Below are positions 1 through 11,390 of a DNA stretch of 64,000 bases, one piece after another. The first letter of the stretch is position 1. Each line of letters begins with the position of its first letter. A program made the translations under genes and the position numbers. The notes beneath the pieces were generated by a model, which was not told the origin of the DNA, did no database searches, and was given only the letters and a program-made list of their open reading frames with translations. The stretch lies in NCBI GenBank assembly GCA_964016885.1, contig OZ024743.1:16182001-16246000 (forward strand), read 5' to 3'. The DNA is from Eledone cirrhosa (taxonomy: Eukaryota).

Positions 1-159
1 GTAACTGGACGCTCATACTTATGTTAAGGTATTGTTTACAAAATAAATAACATCAACAGCTCATAGATTCGATATTATGTAAGATAATTATGTGAGATAA
101 AGCCTTTACAACATAAATACAATAGTTTATATAGAATAATGTAAATGCTAAAGATTTAA
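1..159 (+). mobile_element. 3' part of piggyBac-like MITE (family of 17669-17894)
   Basis: Aligns to 17741-17894 (shared ttcgatattat..gataattatgtgagataaagccttta); ends in degenerate TIR atgctaaagat-ttaa. Confidence 0.7.
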
Positions 160-1779
160 AAAGCAAATGGTGTGTATTATATTTCAATGCATCAGAAACG
201 GAATCATGAGTGATTTGCATGAAGGCACATGGCTAAAACAATATAGGATGTTATTTTATCCAAATCATGCTGTAATTGCTATTTACTGTAGCAATAGTTA
301 ATTGTTGTCCTACAATATTTAATTTCAATTTTTTACACCTTGTGTTCAATTCTTGTCTAGAGCTAATTTGGTTTTTCCCCCTTCATCCATTGTTAAAATA
401 AGTTATGATAAAATATAAGCATTTAAAAATAAACTCAGCTACTTTACCACTAAAATTGTATTAGGGCCTTGTCCAATGAAGAAATTTCAAAGAAAGTTAT
501 GCTATATTTGTAACATTTTGAGAGGAATTTTACAAAGAATACAATACAATATATTTCATAAAATTACTGGTTATTTGAATTGCAGGATGGAAATGATCAA
601 TTTGTCATTGTAATGACTGTTTCAAATGTGTGATTGCAACTAGAAAAATTGAAAGTCCTGAGACACATGCCATAACGGTCAAACATGCAATTACTATGGT
701 TATTTTGTTTGGAAGCATCCTAAGCCACTGGAAGTTTGAATTATCAAAATCAACAAGATATTCCCTCCATCACGCATTTCAAGTCTCATTATAGAATTAT
801 AAAGTGTAAATCCCTCCTGCCCTATTACAGAGAATCTAAATCTTTATGCAGTTCTTGAAATGATTAATGCTATTTTATGCAAGGCCAACTAAAGAATAAT
901 GGCTTGAAATAATGTTGTTTCATGGCACAGAATTTCTGTTGATTCACAGATACTATTAGGATTTTATATTTACAGTTGTTTGCTGCAATGAAATAACACC
1001 TACAAAAACCACCACAAAAGACAAAAACGAATGCAAACACGAATGAATGTACACAAGCTGAGTTCAATACAAATAATGAAGGCAGTTGATTATACACTTT
1101 GACTTAGTAATTATACAATGTTTGTGAGATGTGCTGATGACAAATTATAGTTTCTATTCATAGCCTCTCAAGAGAAAAGGACCATTTAATGATTTACAGC
1201 ACATTTTAATCAGGAAATGAGAAGGATACATAAAAAAAGAACGTATTTGTTTTACTAGAAATACATTAAAGTGTACCTATTTTATTCAAATGATGAAATT
1301 ACATAAAAACGTATTTATTTAATTCCTTTTTTTCTATTTTGATTTGATCCAACCACTTCTACTGGGAACATGTCACAGTGTGATGAAGGTGGTGATTTGG
1401 AGCAGAGTGTGGTCTTCCTCTGTCTCTGAGGCCTGAGTAATTGGGGTTGAGGAATTGCTTACTAGCTGGTTGATTGGCATTCTACTTAGGTGACCATGCC
1501 ATTTGATGCATTGTTGAACTATGACCCAGTTGAATTATATAGCACCAACTATGTGTCCAATGTCTTCATTTCTGAACTGGTTCTTTCTGTAATGGGATAC
1601 TTAGAACAACAACTCTACCAAGAAATATAGGAAAAATATAGCACTGAAAGTACATTGAAAAGTCTTGGAAGAGATACCTTGAGGACTGTTTCATCATCTG
1701 GACAGAATCTCTAGATAGTCTGGATGAGTTCAATATCCTCCTGAATAATCTACACCCATCTCTCCAATTCACAAAAGCG

Positions 1780-2469
1780 ATGAGTAGTACGAAATTACTA
1801 TTCCTAGATATAATGGTAATCAAAAACGAGACAACCATTACCACGGATATATATTATAAACACACAGACACCCATCAATATCTGAATTTTAAGTCGTGCC
1901 ATCCACCTCATACAAAACGCAACATCCCATACTGCCTAGCCAGAAGAAGTTGTACCATTATAGAAGATATGAATACCAGGAACACACGCCTAACAGAACT
2001 GAGAGAATTTTTGCTCAAACAAAAATACCCATCTCTACTTATAGAAAATGGCATACAGTGGGTTATAAAAATACCTATACAACAACTTAGGACAACCCAA
2101 GGAAGAAGAAACCAAGAACTGGTCATACCATTGATAATGACACACAACCTATGTCACCAGAATATCTTCAACACTGCCAAAGCAAACCTACCGATCATTG
2201 CACAAAGTAATGAATTAAAAGGCTTAATCACAGAACGATCTTTGACTCTTAGTAAAAGACAGCCGAAAAATTTGAAGAAATTACTAACAAAGGCAAAGTT
2301 TGACCTTAAAAACAAAGACCAATCATTCACTGTATCTAAATGCAATGATAGTCGATATAGCACATGTCAATCCATACACAGCGGTCAATATATGAACACA
2401 AAAACTGGGAAAATATTCCCAAATGCATATTATGAACTGCAAAACCAGAAATCTTATTTACTGTATTAA
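1780..2469 (+). pseudogene. Penelope RT thumb/linker fragment
   Basis: 229-aa ORF with PLE-typical motifs; the frame is broken before the GIY-YIG domain. Confidence 0.85.
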
Positions 2470-3107
2470 ATGCCCGAATATGTTGGTCAAACTGGAAATG
2501 CCCTATCGGAACGTGCACGGGTGCACCAACAGCAAATCAGAGACCCAAATGTCCGTCAGGTACCCCGAGTAACCATCTAGCAACATGTTGTCAGAAAATA
2601 TTTATAATATTTCCATTCTACAAATTACAGCCCAAGTGAAATCAAGAGAAAAATTAAAGAAAATAATTTTATTGATAAATTCCAAACCAAGCTAAATGAA
2701 CAATCATAATGCTTAGGGGTATTACTCCTCTGACTACGCCTACGACCATGTCGACGACCACCACTTATAACAGCAACAACAATAATAATAATAAAAGTGT
2801 TGTTTATGGTGATGATTACTGAAGACTTTTTATAAAAACCCTAGAAAATGCTATTTTCATCATTTCTAAAAATAGCAAAACAATTGATGCTTTGGATATA
2901 GTCAAATAGAAGTCGTTAGACATGCTCAACCAACCGTGGCGCCTAAACCAATCAGCTTTAGTAATCCAGCGAAACTACACACAGATTGGTCGAAATGCAG
3001 TTTGCAAAACTTAGCATTCTGTAGCCACTTTTCACTGTATATAAGGTACAAAATGTACCCATCTCATTACAGTTGAAAATTGCAAACTTGACTGCCACCA
3101 CAGAATA

Positions 3108-3146
3108 TGAACCTGAAGGTTGCAAAAGCATGAAAGTACTTGTTTA
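3108..3146 (+). ncRNA. Degenerate minimal type I hammerhead ribozyme in Penelope pLTR
   Basis: tgaac-CTGAAGG-ttgc aaaa gcat-GAAA-gtac-TT-gttta: stem I tgaac/gttta, palindromic AGTACT stem III; A9 replaced by G. Confidence 0.6.
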
Positions 3147-3295
3147 ATTAACACTTTACATTTTATATTCTACCATACTATTTCATTCTAATACTATTAT
3201 AATTTTAAAGGATTGTAAATAAAACGAGTAAATCAGACAAAGCTGGAATTCCTTTTATTAATATAATCTTCTATACACAATCATACAGACCCATG

Positions 3296-3298
<3 letters not shown>

Positions 3299-3383
<85 letters not shown>

Positions 3384-3416
3384 ATATGAAAGAGTGAAGA
3401 ATAACATTGTCGGCTG

Positions 3417-3462
<46 letters not shown>
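3299..3462. repeat. (TA)n microsatellites
   Basis: Two TA tracts separated by a ~32 bp insert. Confidence 0.95.
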
Positions 3463-3465
<3 letters not shown>

Positions 3466-3629
3466 AACCAGTAAGACCCCGACAATATATATATATTTCA
3501 ATTCTGAAAGAGAGACAAGTATCATATATTAATCAACACATACTTAAACATTTTCCCTATAGCTCTGTGCTGTGCTAAAATTGAAAGGAAGTCAGCATGG
3601 AGGTATAACGTTAGTATATATGAACAACA

Positions 3630-3950
3630 GTGCATTAATGAACTAAGATGAAAAATGACAGGGCATAAGAGGAATTGGATGCAGAATGTAAGAGAAAAAA
3701 AATGATTTTGTATGGACATATGGTGCAAATGGAGAATGATGGCGCCATGAAGAAGTGAAGAGAACTCAAAATTGAGATTTTTGGCCGAGGAAGATAGAAA
3801 GAGATATAGGATGATGTGAAAACTGACATCATGAAGCTGAAAATCATGAAGTTAATAACATAGGATGCAGATTGGTAAGAATTTTCAAAAGACGATATTG
3901 CAAAAGACTCCACGGAAGTATCAGGCTGCAATAACCATTGGTAAAGTGGT
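3630..3950 (+). mobile_element. Highly decayed RTE LINE 3' coding fragment
   Basis: Remnants of yGHmv..GRGR..D patterns similar to 16130-16260. Confidence 0.45.
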
Positions 3951-4149
3951 TGTTTAAAAGCTAAGAGGTATATCAACATTTAGCCTTCCCATTCACTCAG
4001 CCAATATATACTTTCCCCCGGTCAAACCTCTATAATGTAGTCTGCCTTCTCTCACATCATAGATTCCCTCTCTTTTTATAATCCTTTGGACTTAGTGCTC
4101 TATCAACTTTGTATCCTCCCAGGTTTTTACTACAATATATATATACACA

Positions 4150-4192
<43 letters not shown>

Positions 4193-4698
4193 GGAAAGTT
4201 ATATTTAAATTGTTGGGTTAACAACGAGTAAATATTTATAACTGATATAAAAGCACTCAACAAGTATTTGGAGTATATTTATGATATTAAATAAATGGAA
4301 ACTATATTTATAAAACCATATTTATTTCGTTATATATATTTCAGGGATATCATATTAACAATATGTTATGCCATCTTCAGACAAAATACAATATAAACAG
4401 TCTTATAAATAAATAGATACGACATACCTTTCAATCACCTTGCATTTGGGAGGTTGATATACAAATATATATATGTATGTATATATATATATATATAAGT
4501 ATGTAGACGTACATACATATATGTATACAGACGTACAGTAGTATGTATATATATATACATACATGCACACATACATATAGGTACGTATGCATTCACCGAC
4601 CATTTATTATAATTCTCGGTGTGTTTGTAAACAAACATCCCCTATTAAGCCGTAGTCTAGCAACCACCGTTACTCGTTTGTTCAACACTGACAAAGGA

Positions 4699-4741
4699 AC
4701 GCTGTACTAGTTTCAAGCTTATTAGCTATCATCAGCAACGT
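4699..4741 (-). ncRNA. Minimal type I hammerhead ribozyme
   Basis: Reverse strand reads acgttg-CTGATGA-tagct aata agctt-GAAA-ctag-TA-cagcgt; 6-bp stem I, palindromic ACTAGT stem III, GUA cleavage triplet. Confidence 0.85.
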
Positions 4742-5134
4742 ATACCTTCCTGCCAGATTGTTGAACTTATATACTTACCTTATGTATATTAACGGCTGAG
4801 TAGCCCAATTTGCATATCGAGTGGGTTAATCGGCCGGGTGCACCGAAAACGATAAACGGAATAAATGAAACAAAATTTCATTTCCCACTCTTAGTACGGC
4901 TGTTACTTAAATATAAGTATGTACACGTACATACATATATGTATACAGACGTACAGTAGTATGTATATGTATATATACATACATACATACATACACACAT
5001 ACATATATGTACGTATGGATTCACCGAACATTCATTATAATGCTCGGTGTGTTTGTAAACAAACATCCCGTATTAAGTCGTAGTGTCTAGCAACCATCGT
5101 TGCTCGTTTGTTCAACACTGACAAAGGAAGGTAT

Positions 5135-5177
5135 ACGTTGCTGACGATAGCTCATAAGCTTGAAACTAGTACAGCGT
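5135..5177 (+). ncRNA. Minimal type I hammerhead ribozyme
   Basis: acgttg-CTGACGA-tagct cata agctt-GAAA-ctag-TA-cagcgt; differs from the 4699 copy only at variable N7 and in loop II. Confidence 0.85.
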
Positions 5178-5791
5178 TCCTTTGTCAGTGTTGAACAAAC
5201 GAGCAACGATGGTTGCTAGACACTACGGCTTAATACGGGATATTTGTTTACAAACACATCGAGCATTATAATAAATGTTCGGTGAATCCATACGTACATA
5301 TATATATGTGTGCATGTATGTATATATATATATACATACTACTGTACGTCTGTATACATATATGTATGTACGTGTACATACTTATATTTAAGTAACAGCC
5401 GTACTAAGAGTGAGAAATGATATTTCGTTTCATTTTTTCCGTGTATATATATGATGGAGTCGATCGACAAGATCCCAGACATCATTCGCTTAATTAGTGG
5501 GATGGAGCTCGTCAAATACTAATACTATCTGCAGATCACAAACCCAGGCAGAAGGAGCAACGTGAAATAAAATATCTTGCTGTCCGTGAATCAAAATCAA
5601 AATCTGACAATTGCAAATCCAATTCTCTAACCACTCAGCCACACAACTTCCTATATGTACATACATAGCTATCATTCTCTCTTCCTCCTTCTCTAACATA
5701 CACTTGTATATGGTAGCAAGCTCCTATAAAGTGTCTGTTTACCGAATGTAAATTGCAAACCATTGGTTGACTTGACATTATATTAAATAAC

Positions 5792-5978
5792 GGTGTTGGA
5801 TTGGCAGTATCGTTAGAGGGTCGGACGCCATGCTTTATAGCAAAGTGTTACGGCCCTTTATAGTCTGAGTTCAAATCCCCCTGAGGTTAACTTTGCCTTT
5901 CATCCTTAAGGGGTCGATAGAATAAAGTACCAGTAATACACTGGCATAATTGCTGGCCTTGTGCCAAAAGTAGAAACA
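5792..5978 (+). mobile_element. tRNA-derived SINE (family A, ATT-tailed)
   Basis: A box tggcagtatcgttag, B box gagttcaaatccc, central ctttgcctttcatcc..ggggtcgata..aagtaccag; 15-bp TSD attatattaaataac (5777-5791/5979-5993); appears inserted into an older SINE. Confidence 0.92.
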
Positions 5979-6161
5979 ATTATATTAAATAACATGCACC
6001 CTTGTTATGCAATGGGATAAAACCCAGAAACTTGTGTTTGAAAAGGAAACTATTTTACTCCACAGACATGCCTAGATTCATGGCATAAGACTTTGTAAAT
6101 CATGAAATTTCAGAGAGCAATTTCTGTCACAAAACACAATTTTCAATTTGTCTTTTTACAG

Positions 6162-6250
6162 GTAGCAAATATTTGAATATTCCTCCCAACCAATACATAG
6201 TTAAGCTAATGAGGGAACATGTATATGGTGACTTATCCACATTTTACTGA
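6162..6250 (+). CDS. Possible terminal coding exon of an unidentified host gene
   Basis: Good acceptor tttgtctttttacag followed by an open frame (G)SKYLNIPPNQYIVKLMREHVYGDLSTFY-stop; no homology recognised. Confidence 0.25.
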
Positions 6251-8519
6251 AATCACATACTAACATCAGAGAAGAAGATCACATTGTACAATGCAATCCG
6301 GGTTATATTAAAAGACGATATGTTCATGGCATGAATGTGAATGGGGATAGTTCTAGTCAGTCAAACATGAGCAAGGGCTTAGCAACAAGCAATATAAACA
6401 GGCTGTAAAATTGCAGGGTCTTTCAAGTATCACATACAATATTTTGTAGTACTCATATCAGTTTTCCCCACTCTGTGTTTAAATCTTGATAGTATCAAGT
6501 TTGTCTTTTGTTATTTGTGGGTTGATAAGTTAACATACCTGTCCATAATGAGGGTTTGATGAAATTGTTAGTGTTGGATGAGATTCCGTGTGGTGTTTGT
6601 TTTACTACTTTGTCTTCTGAATTCAAATTTTAACCAGTGATTCTAATCACGCCGGTGCCTAGAGCTGATCATTCAACTATAGGACTATAACTGATTATTA
6701 AAGTTACAATGGGTATAAAATTGTTTCCATCTATTACTGTAGTTCAATGATTATGATGATGCTGATAAGGACAGATATGAATACTGACATAAGAACTTAG
6801 AACTACATGAGTAGGCTGAAATAAAATTGTGTGAGGTCCCATTCTTTCTTATGACTACTACTAATTATTCAAATGAAGAAAAATGATTGCAAATCAGATT
6901 GTCAACTTGTTGGGAATTTACTTCTATTTCCAAGTGTTCAGCAATTCTCAGTCAATATTTCATATGCATCAAGTTGTAATACATCAATAAATTAAATTCA
7001 TTAAATTAAAACATATTTAATTAGAGCATATTTAATTAAAGCAAATTAAATTGATTTAAGCTGTGAAGCTGTTTCATATGGCATTAATTACATAAATCTT
7101 CCTGAAGAAAATATTTACACTAGTTGATTACTGAAGAACAGCTCACCAAAACTGGCTTGACTGGAATATAATTTTGCATATGTTTGTCTGCTTATTTCTT
7201 TCTTATTAGAAATTTGTCACATAATACTGCTGATATCATTACTATAACTATTTGGACATAATGAATCTGTCTTTATGTCATTATGGTAGAAATAGCAGCA
7301 TAATTCCTCCCCTCCCAAATTATAGAACTAAATAATAAAGGAAACACTGGAAAATGTAATCATACATAACTCTAAATGACAGAATGACAATATGCCTGGG
7401 TGGTCAGGTTTGAGGACACACATCTCAAATCATATCATATAATCATTGAATAATGTTGCCCTTGGAGTATTCAACCTCCTGATAAAAATATGTTTTAAAT
7501 ATCTGATAAATTCATGCCTAAAACATTCCTTGGTTATAGACTTGTTTAGGTAACCTAGGGTTAAACAACTGTAGCAGAGAATATAAATTTAGGAATATAA
7601 TGACATTCCAACTGTTTATTCTGTTAGCTGGGAGACAACATCCCAAGGTATACATCCATGATATTTCTGGACATTTCAAAGCTTGGCTTACTTGCAAGAG
7701 CTTTGAGGTAGTGTATTTTTAAAGAATGTTCTATAACATCCAAATATAAGTATTCTTTTATCAAGAGTAATTTAGAAGAAATCCTTTTATAGCTCAATAA
7801 ATATTCCTTACAATCTTCACATTAAATCAATGATGTAGCGTCTATAGACTTACCTGACCTACTAGATTATTAAACTTCTATTAAGATCTATAGCTTAAGA
7901 AATCTTTTGGATCAGCTATTATTTAATGATGTGAAATATCTTACTCCAATAAGTCCCTACTGTCTTAAAAGAAGGAGAAAAGCATATAATTCTAGATATA
8001 CTTAGATATACAATGTGGTCAGGCTGAGGTTGATTTTGATCAAACATCTGCTGAATAAAGCATGGTCTAGAACTGAGCAAAAAGAAAAATAATCTTCAGA
8101 TTCTATTATACATTTTATTTTGTATATTTTTTACAGTACTAAAATGGATTCCATACTTCTGAATTGGGTACTAATCTCTTAACATATGATGATAGGATGT
8201 GACTTTCATCTAGTTAATGAATATTTTTACTTTGCTTACATTTTTGCAGAGAAGAGTAAAGATTGATTTAATAAATTCCAGTGTATCACAAGCATTATTT
8301 TATCAACATTAACAAGGGTTAACATAAAAAGAAACTCAAGATCCACCGGATTTTGGATCATTAGTTTGATGAACAAAACTACATACAGTAAATCTTGGTT
8401 CCCTAATAATTTTGTCAACTCATTCTCTTTCACCTCTGTTAATAATTTTGATGTCTTTTGATGATAAAAGTAAAAGTTTATAAGCAAATGAAAAGATCAT
8501 AAAATTAATCCTCATATGT

Positions 8520-8650
8520 TATGTTATTGATTCTTTTGAAATGAAAGGCAAAGTTAAAGCTGTCACTATTTAAAATCAGACCATGGATAGCTGCAGCTTA
8601 ACACTGTGAAGAATTTAGTGCAATACTCTGTCATTACCTGCAGCTCATTG
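8520..8650 (-). mobile_element. Decayed SINE family A
   Basis: atgaaaggcaaagttaa core on the reverse strand. Confidence 0.5.
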
Positions 8651-10184
8651 CTCTCTTTCTTGCTTCTACCTATTAATTCCCATTTCCTTCCTTTAAGTCA
8701 CACTTTCATTATACTTTATCCCTCTCCATGACAATGTAAAAAAGGTATTGCTATATTCGATAATGTACACCATTACATGCAGGATCAAAGGTCTATACCA
8801 TCAGGGTTGATCTCGTTTTAATCAGTAACAAAAACTACATGACCCAACAAATGTGTCTTTACATGGGTTGCCAAAAAGCTATAAATAATAATGAAACTTA
8901 TCTGAAATCCCTCTAAAACATATTAAAAAAAGTAAGTACTCATTTGTTAATGTAGTCTATGTAAACACTATATCTTAAATAACAAAGGAAATATGTTCAA
9001 AGTCAGAATGTCTTTGCTCATAGTTCTGCTCAGTCAAAATAACATTAACAACCAGCAAATATAAAACATTTTATAATTTTACTTTTCGTTAATACATCGA
9101 ATTTGTGGTTTCCCATTTTCAGGGTTCACAAGCTTTTGTAGCTATATTTCCTTTTACATAGTTGACATGTTTATCTTATTGAACTGTAGAATGAAACGTC
9201 TGTGATTTAAAGCAATTATTTATTTGTGGTAACAGAAATAGAAGAGCTTTCTTTAAAATGACCATTTTGACAGTAAGGGAACTTAATATATTGTGTGAAA
9301 AATGGCAATAATATTTGCTTTGGTAATTTTATCTTATCTTTAATTCGTTTCACTATGTGCATGTCTACAATCATTCCTCATCAAATTAAATTTCTGTGTG
9401 TTAAACAAAAGTGGTTAAACAAATTGTCAGTCTAATTGGATTTCCTTTAGTGGATTTAGGTACTCTGATAAGTAATGTTTCAAGATTAATGGGATACAAT
9501 AATTAAAAGCACTTTAGGGAATTAATGTAATCGATGTATTACATCTTAATATGGAATTTAGTATAATGAAATGGCGTAGTTTTAATAGGTTTAATATTCT
9601 CATTTGTTACGTTCACGATTACCATCAACTATCAATTTGTTGTTTCATTCACATGACAGAAAGTATTGTCCAAAGCTATTGCCAACTATAATTATCAGCT
9701 TCGAAGGACATCAAATATTAGGTGATATGATTTTGAATTGGTTTGTGCTCTATAATTCATCTCATATTTTATTCCTTGTTACCACTACAATGTGATGTGC
9801 CAATGAGCTTACATAGTTTAATGAGATGTATGAAATAGTATGCATATCATTAAATATCAGCTCATATGTTTTCTAAAAGGATAACCTCCTTTAAACCAAC
9901 CAGTATAAGGAGATCTTACTTTTTAAAAATCTAATTATTGATGTGGCTTTTAATCCTCATATCTCTTGTGATGCTAAACTCCGCCAGTTGCAGACTGCAC
10001 ATGAACTTCCATATATGCTGCCTTGTGGTTAGGAATCTTTACATTTAGCAAGATGGTGGATGGCAGAGCATTAAGCAAAATGCTTTGAAAAATTTACTTC
10101 TGTCAAATGCTTTGACCTGCAAATACCTCTTACCCAAACTAATTAGATTGTCCCTAAAAAAACAATCAATATTTAGTTGTTCCC

Positions 10185-10330
10185 ATTTACATTCTGAATC
10201 CAAATTTTTGCTATATCAAGTTTACCTTTCATCCTTTTAAGGTTGATAAGCTATGTACCTGTCAAATATTAGTATCAGTTTAATCAGTATTTTTCCTTTG
10301 TAAAATGTGATGTGTTCATATTAGAAATCA
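10185..10330 (+). mobile_element. Decayed SINE family A
   Basis: ctgaatccaaat..acctttcatccttttaaggttgataa..tagaaatcat followed by an ATT-like tail. Confidence 0.55.
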
Positions 10331-10771
10331 TCAATATTACTATTATTATCATTATCATCACTAAACTTTGGGTTGTTTGCTTCAGTGGTGTCAATTCCTG
10401 GAAATCATATCTGTTGATGGCCTCCATGGCTTCATTTAACTACAGTTAGGCATCATTCCAAAATTAAATTTTCGTGCCAGATTATACAGAAGATACTGTG
10501 AGGGAGAAATGTCACCCACATCAACTAAGTTGTTAGAAGTTTAAATAAACATTATTGTAAAAGTAAATGGATGTTATAGATTGATAGCTAAAGTGGTTTT
10601 GTGTGCAAAATGCATTAGTGTAAAACACATAGGAGCATAAAAAGGAGTTGAAAAATAAAGGTGAAATGCAAAAAACAAAAACAAAAAACAAAACCAAAAA
10701 AAGCAAACAAACAAAAACAACAACAAATAAATAAAATAAAAATAAGAACGAAAGGTTTACCTACCTACCTA

Positions 10772-10807
<36 letters not shown>

Positions 10808-10853
10808 CATATATATATAATATATATAATATATGTACATAATATATATAATA

Positions 10854-11183
10854 TCATCATCATCATCATCATCATCATTTTACGTCCGCTTTTTCCCTGC
10901 TTGCAAGGGTGGGACGGGAACTGATCCTGGCTTGATTTCTACAGCTGGATGCCCTTCCTAACACCAACCTCATTTACAGTGAGTGCTGGGTGTTTTTTTG
11001 CCGTGGCACCCCCCACGACCACTTTGCAGTCCCTATCATCTCATTTCTACAGCTGAGTAAACTGGAGCAATGTGAAGTAAAGTGTCTTGCTCAAGGAAAC
11101 AACACATCACCCGGTCTGAGAATTGAACTCACAACCTTTCGATTGCAAGGCCAATGTTCTAACCACTAAGCCATGTGCCTCCA
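10854..11183 (-). mobile_element. Full-length tRNA-derived CORE-type SINE with RTE-derived tail
   Basis: Minus strand: tggcttagtggttaga (A box), gagttcaattct (B box), ccttgagcaagacacttta (CORE-like), 3' part shared with RTE 3'UTRs, (GAT)n tail. Confidence 0.88.
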
Positions 11184-11189
11184 TATAAT

Positions 11190-11353
11190 ATATAACAAAG
11201 GAATTGTGGTAAGGAATCAGATGGACCATAACGCACCAGCGTACTCAATACTTAGGGGAGTAGAGTGGGAAATAGGAAAAAAGTATGACCCCGACGGCAG
11301 AGCTCAAGCCGTCGAAACCGCTTAAGCTCTGCCGTCGGGGTCATACTTTTTCC

Positions 11354-11356
<3 letters not shown>
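11190..11356. mobile_element. Short TA-flanked element with terminal fold-back (probable PLE pLTR relic)
   Basis: Arms 11272-11309 and 11320-11356 are near-perfect complements; homologous to 34878-35075. Confidence 0.75.

Positions 11357-11390
<34 letters not shown>

Larger units (their letters stand above)
1570..3270 (+). mobile_element. Penelope-like retroelement, 5'-truncated (RT C-terminus + GIY-YIG + 3' pLTR)
   Basis: WKRYLEDCFIIW (degenerate RT YxDD) at ~1667; ORF 1780-2469 has FLDI..IYYKHTDTHQYLNFKSCHP; frameshifted GIY-YIG NLIYCIKC..YVGQTG..ERARVH and PKLN end near 2700; 3' region contains a hammerhead and ends just before (TA)n. Confidence 0.9.
4493..5442. mobile_element. Retrozyme-like / PLE pLTR-derived tandem and inverted repeat (~430-bp unit) with two hammerheads
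   Basis: Direct repeat 4493-4700 vs 4911-5129 (acaaagga at 4691 and 5121); inverted arms ~4856-5129 and ~5176-5442; no coding capacity. Confidence 0.85.

Noticed and set aside
3271-3525. YI/IY, SL, RE, poly-L/F/K ORFs (also at 23979, 25128, 30667, 40069 and 62064)
   Set aside because: Translations of microsatellites
8239-8455. Candidate minus-strand exon (AAG acceptor, gtaagc donor, open frame)
   Set aside because: Weak acceptor, no recognisable protein and no partner exons
11100-11183. tRNA gene
   Set aside because: tRNA-like SINE head continuing into CORE-like and LINE-derived parts; no proper acceptor stem
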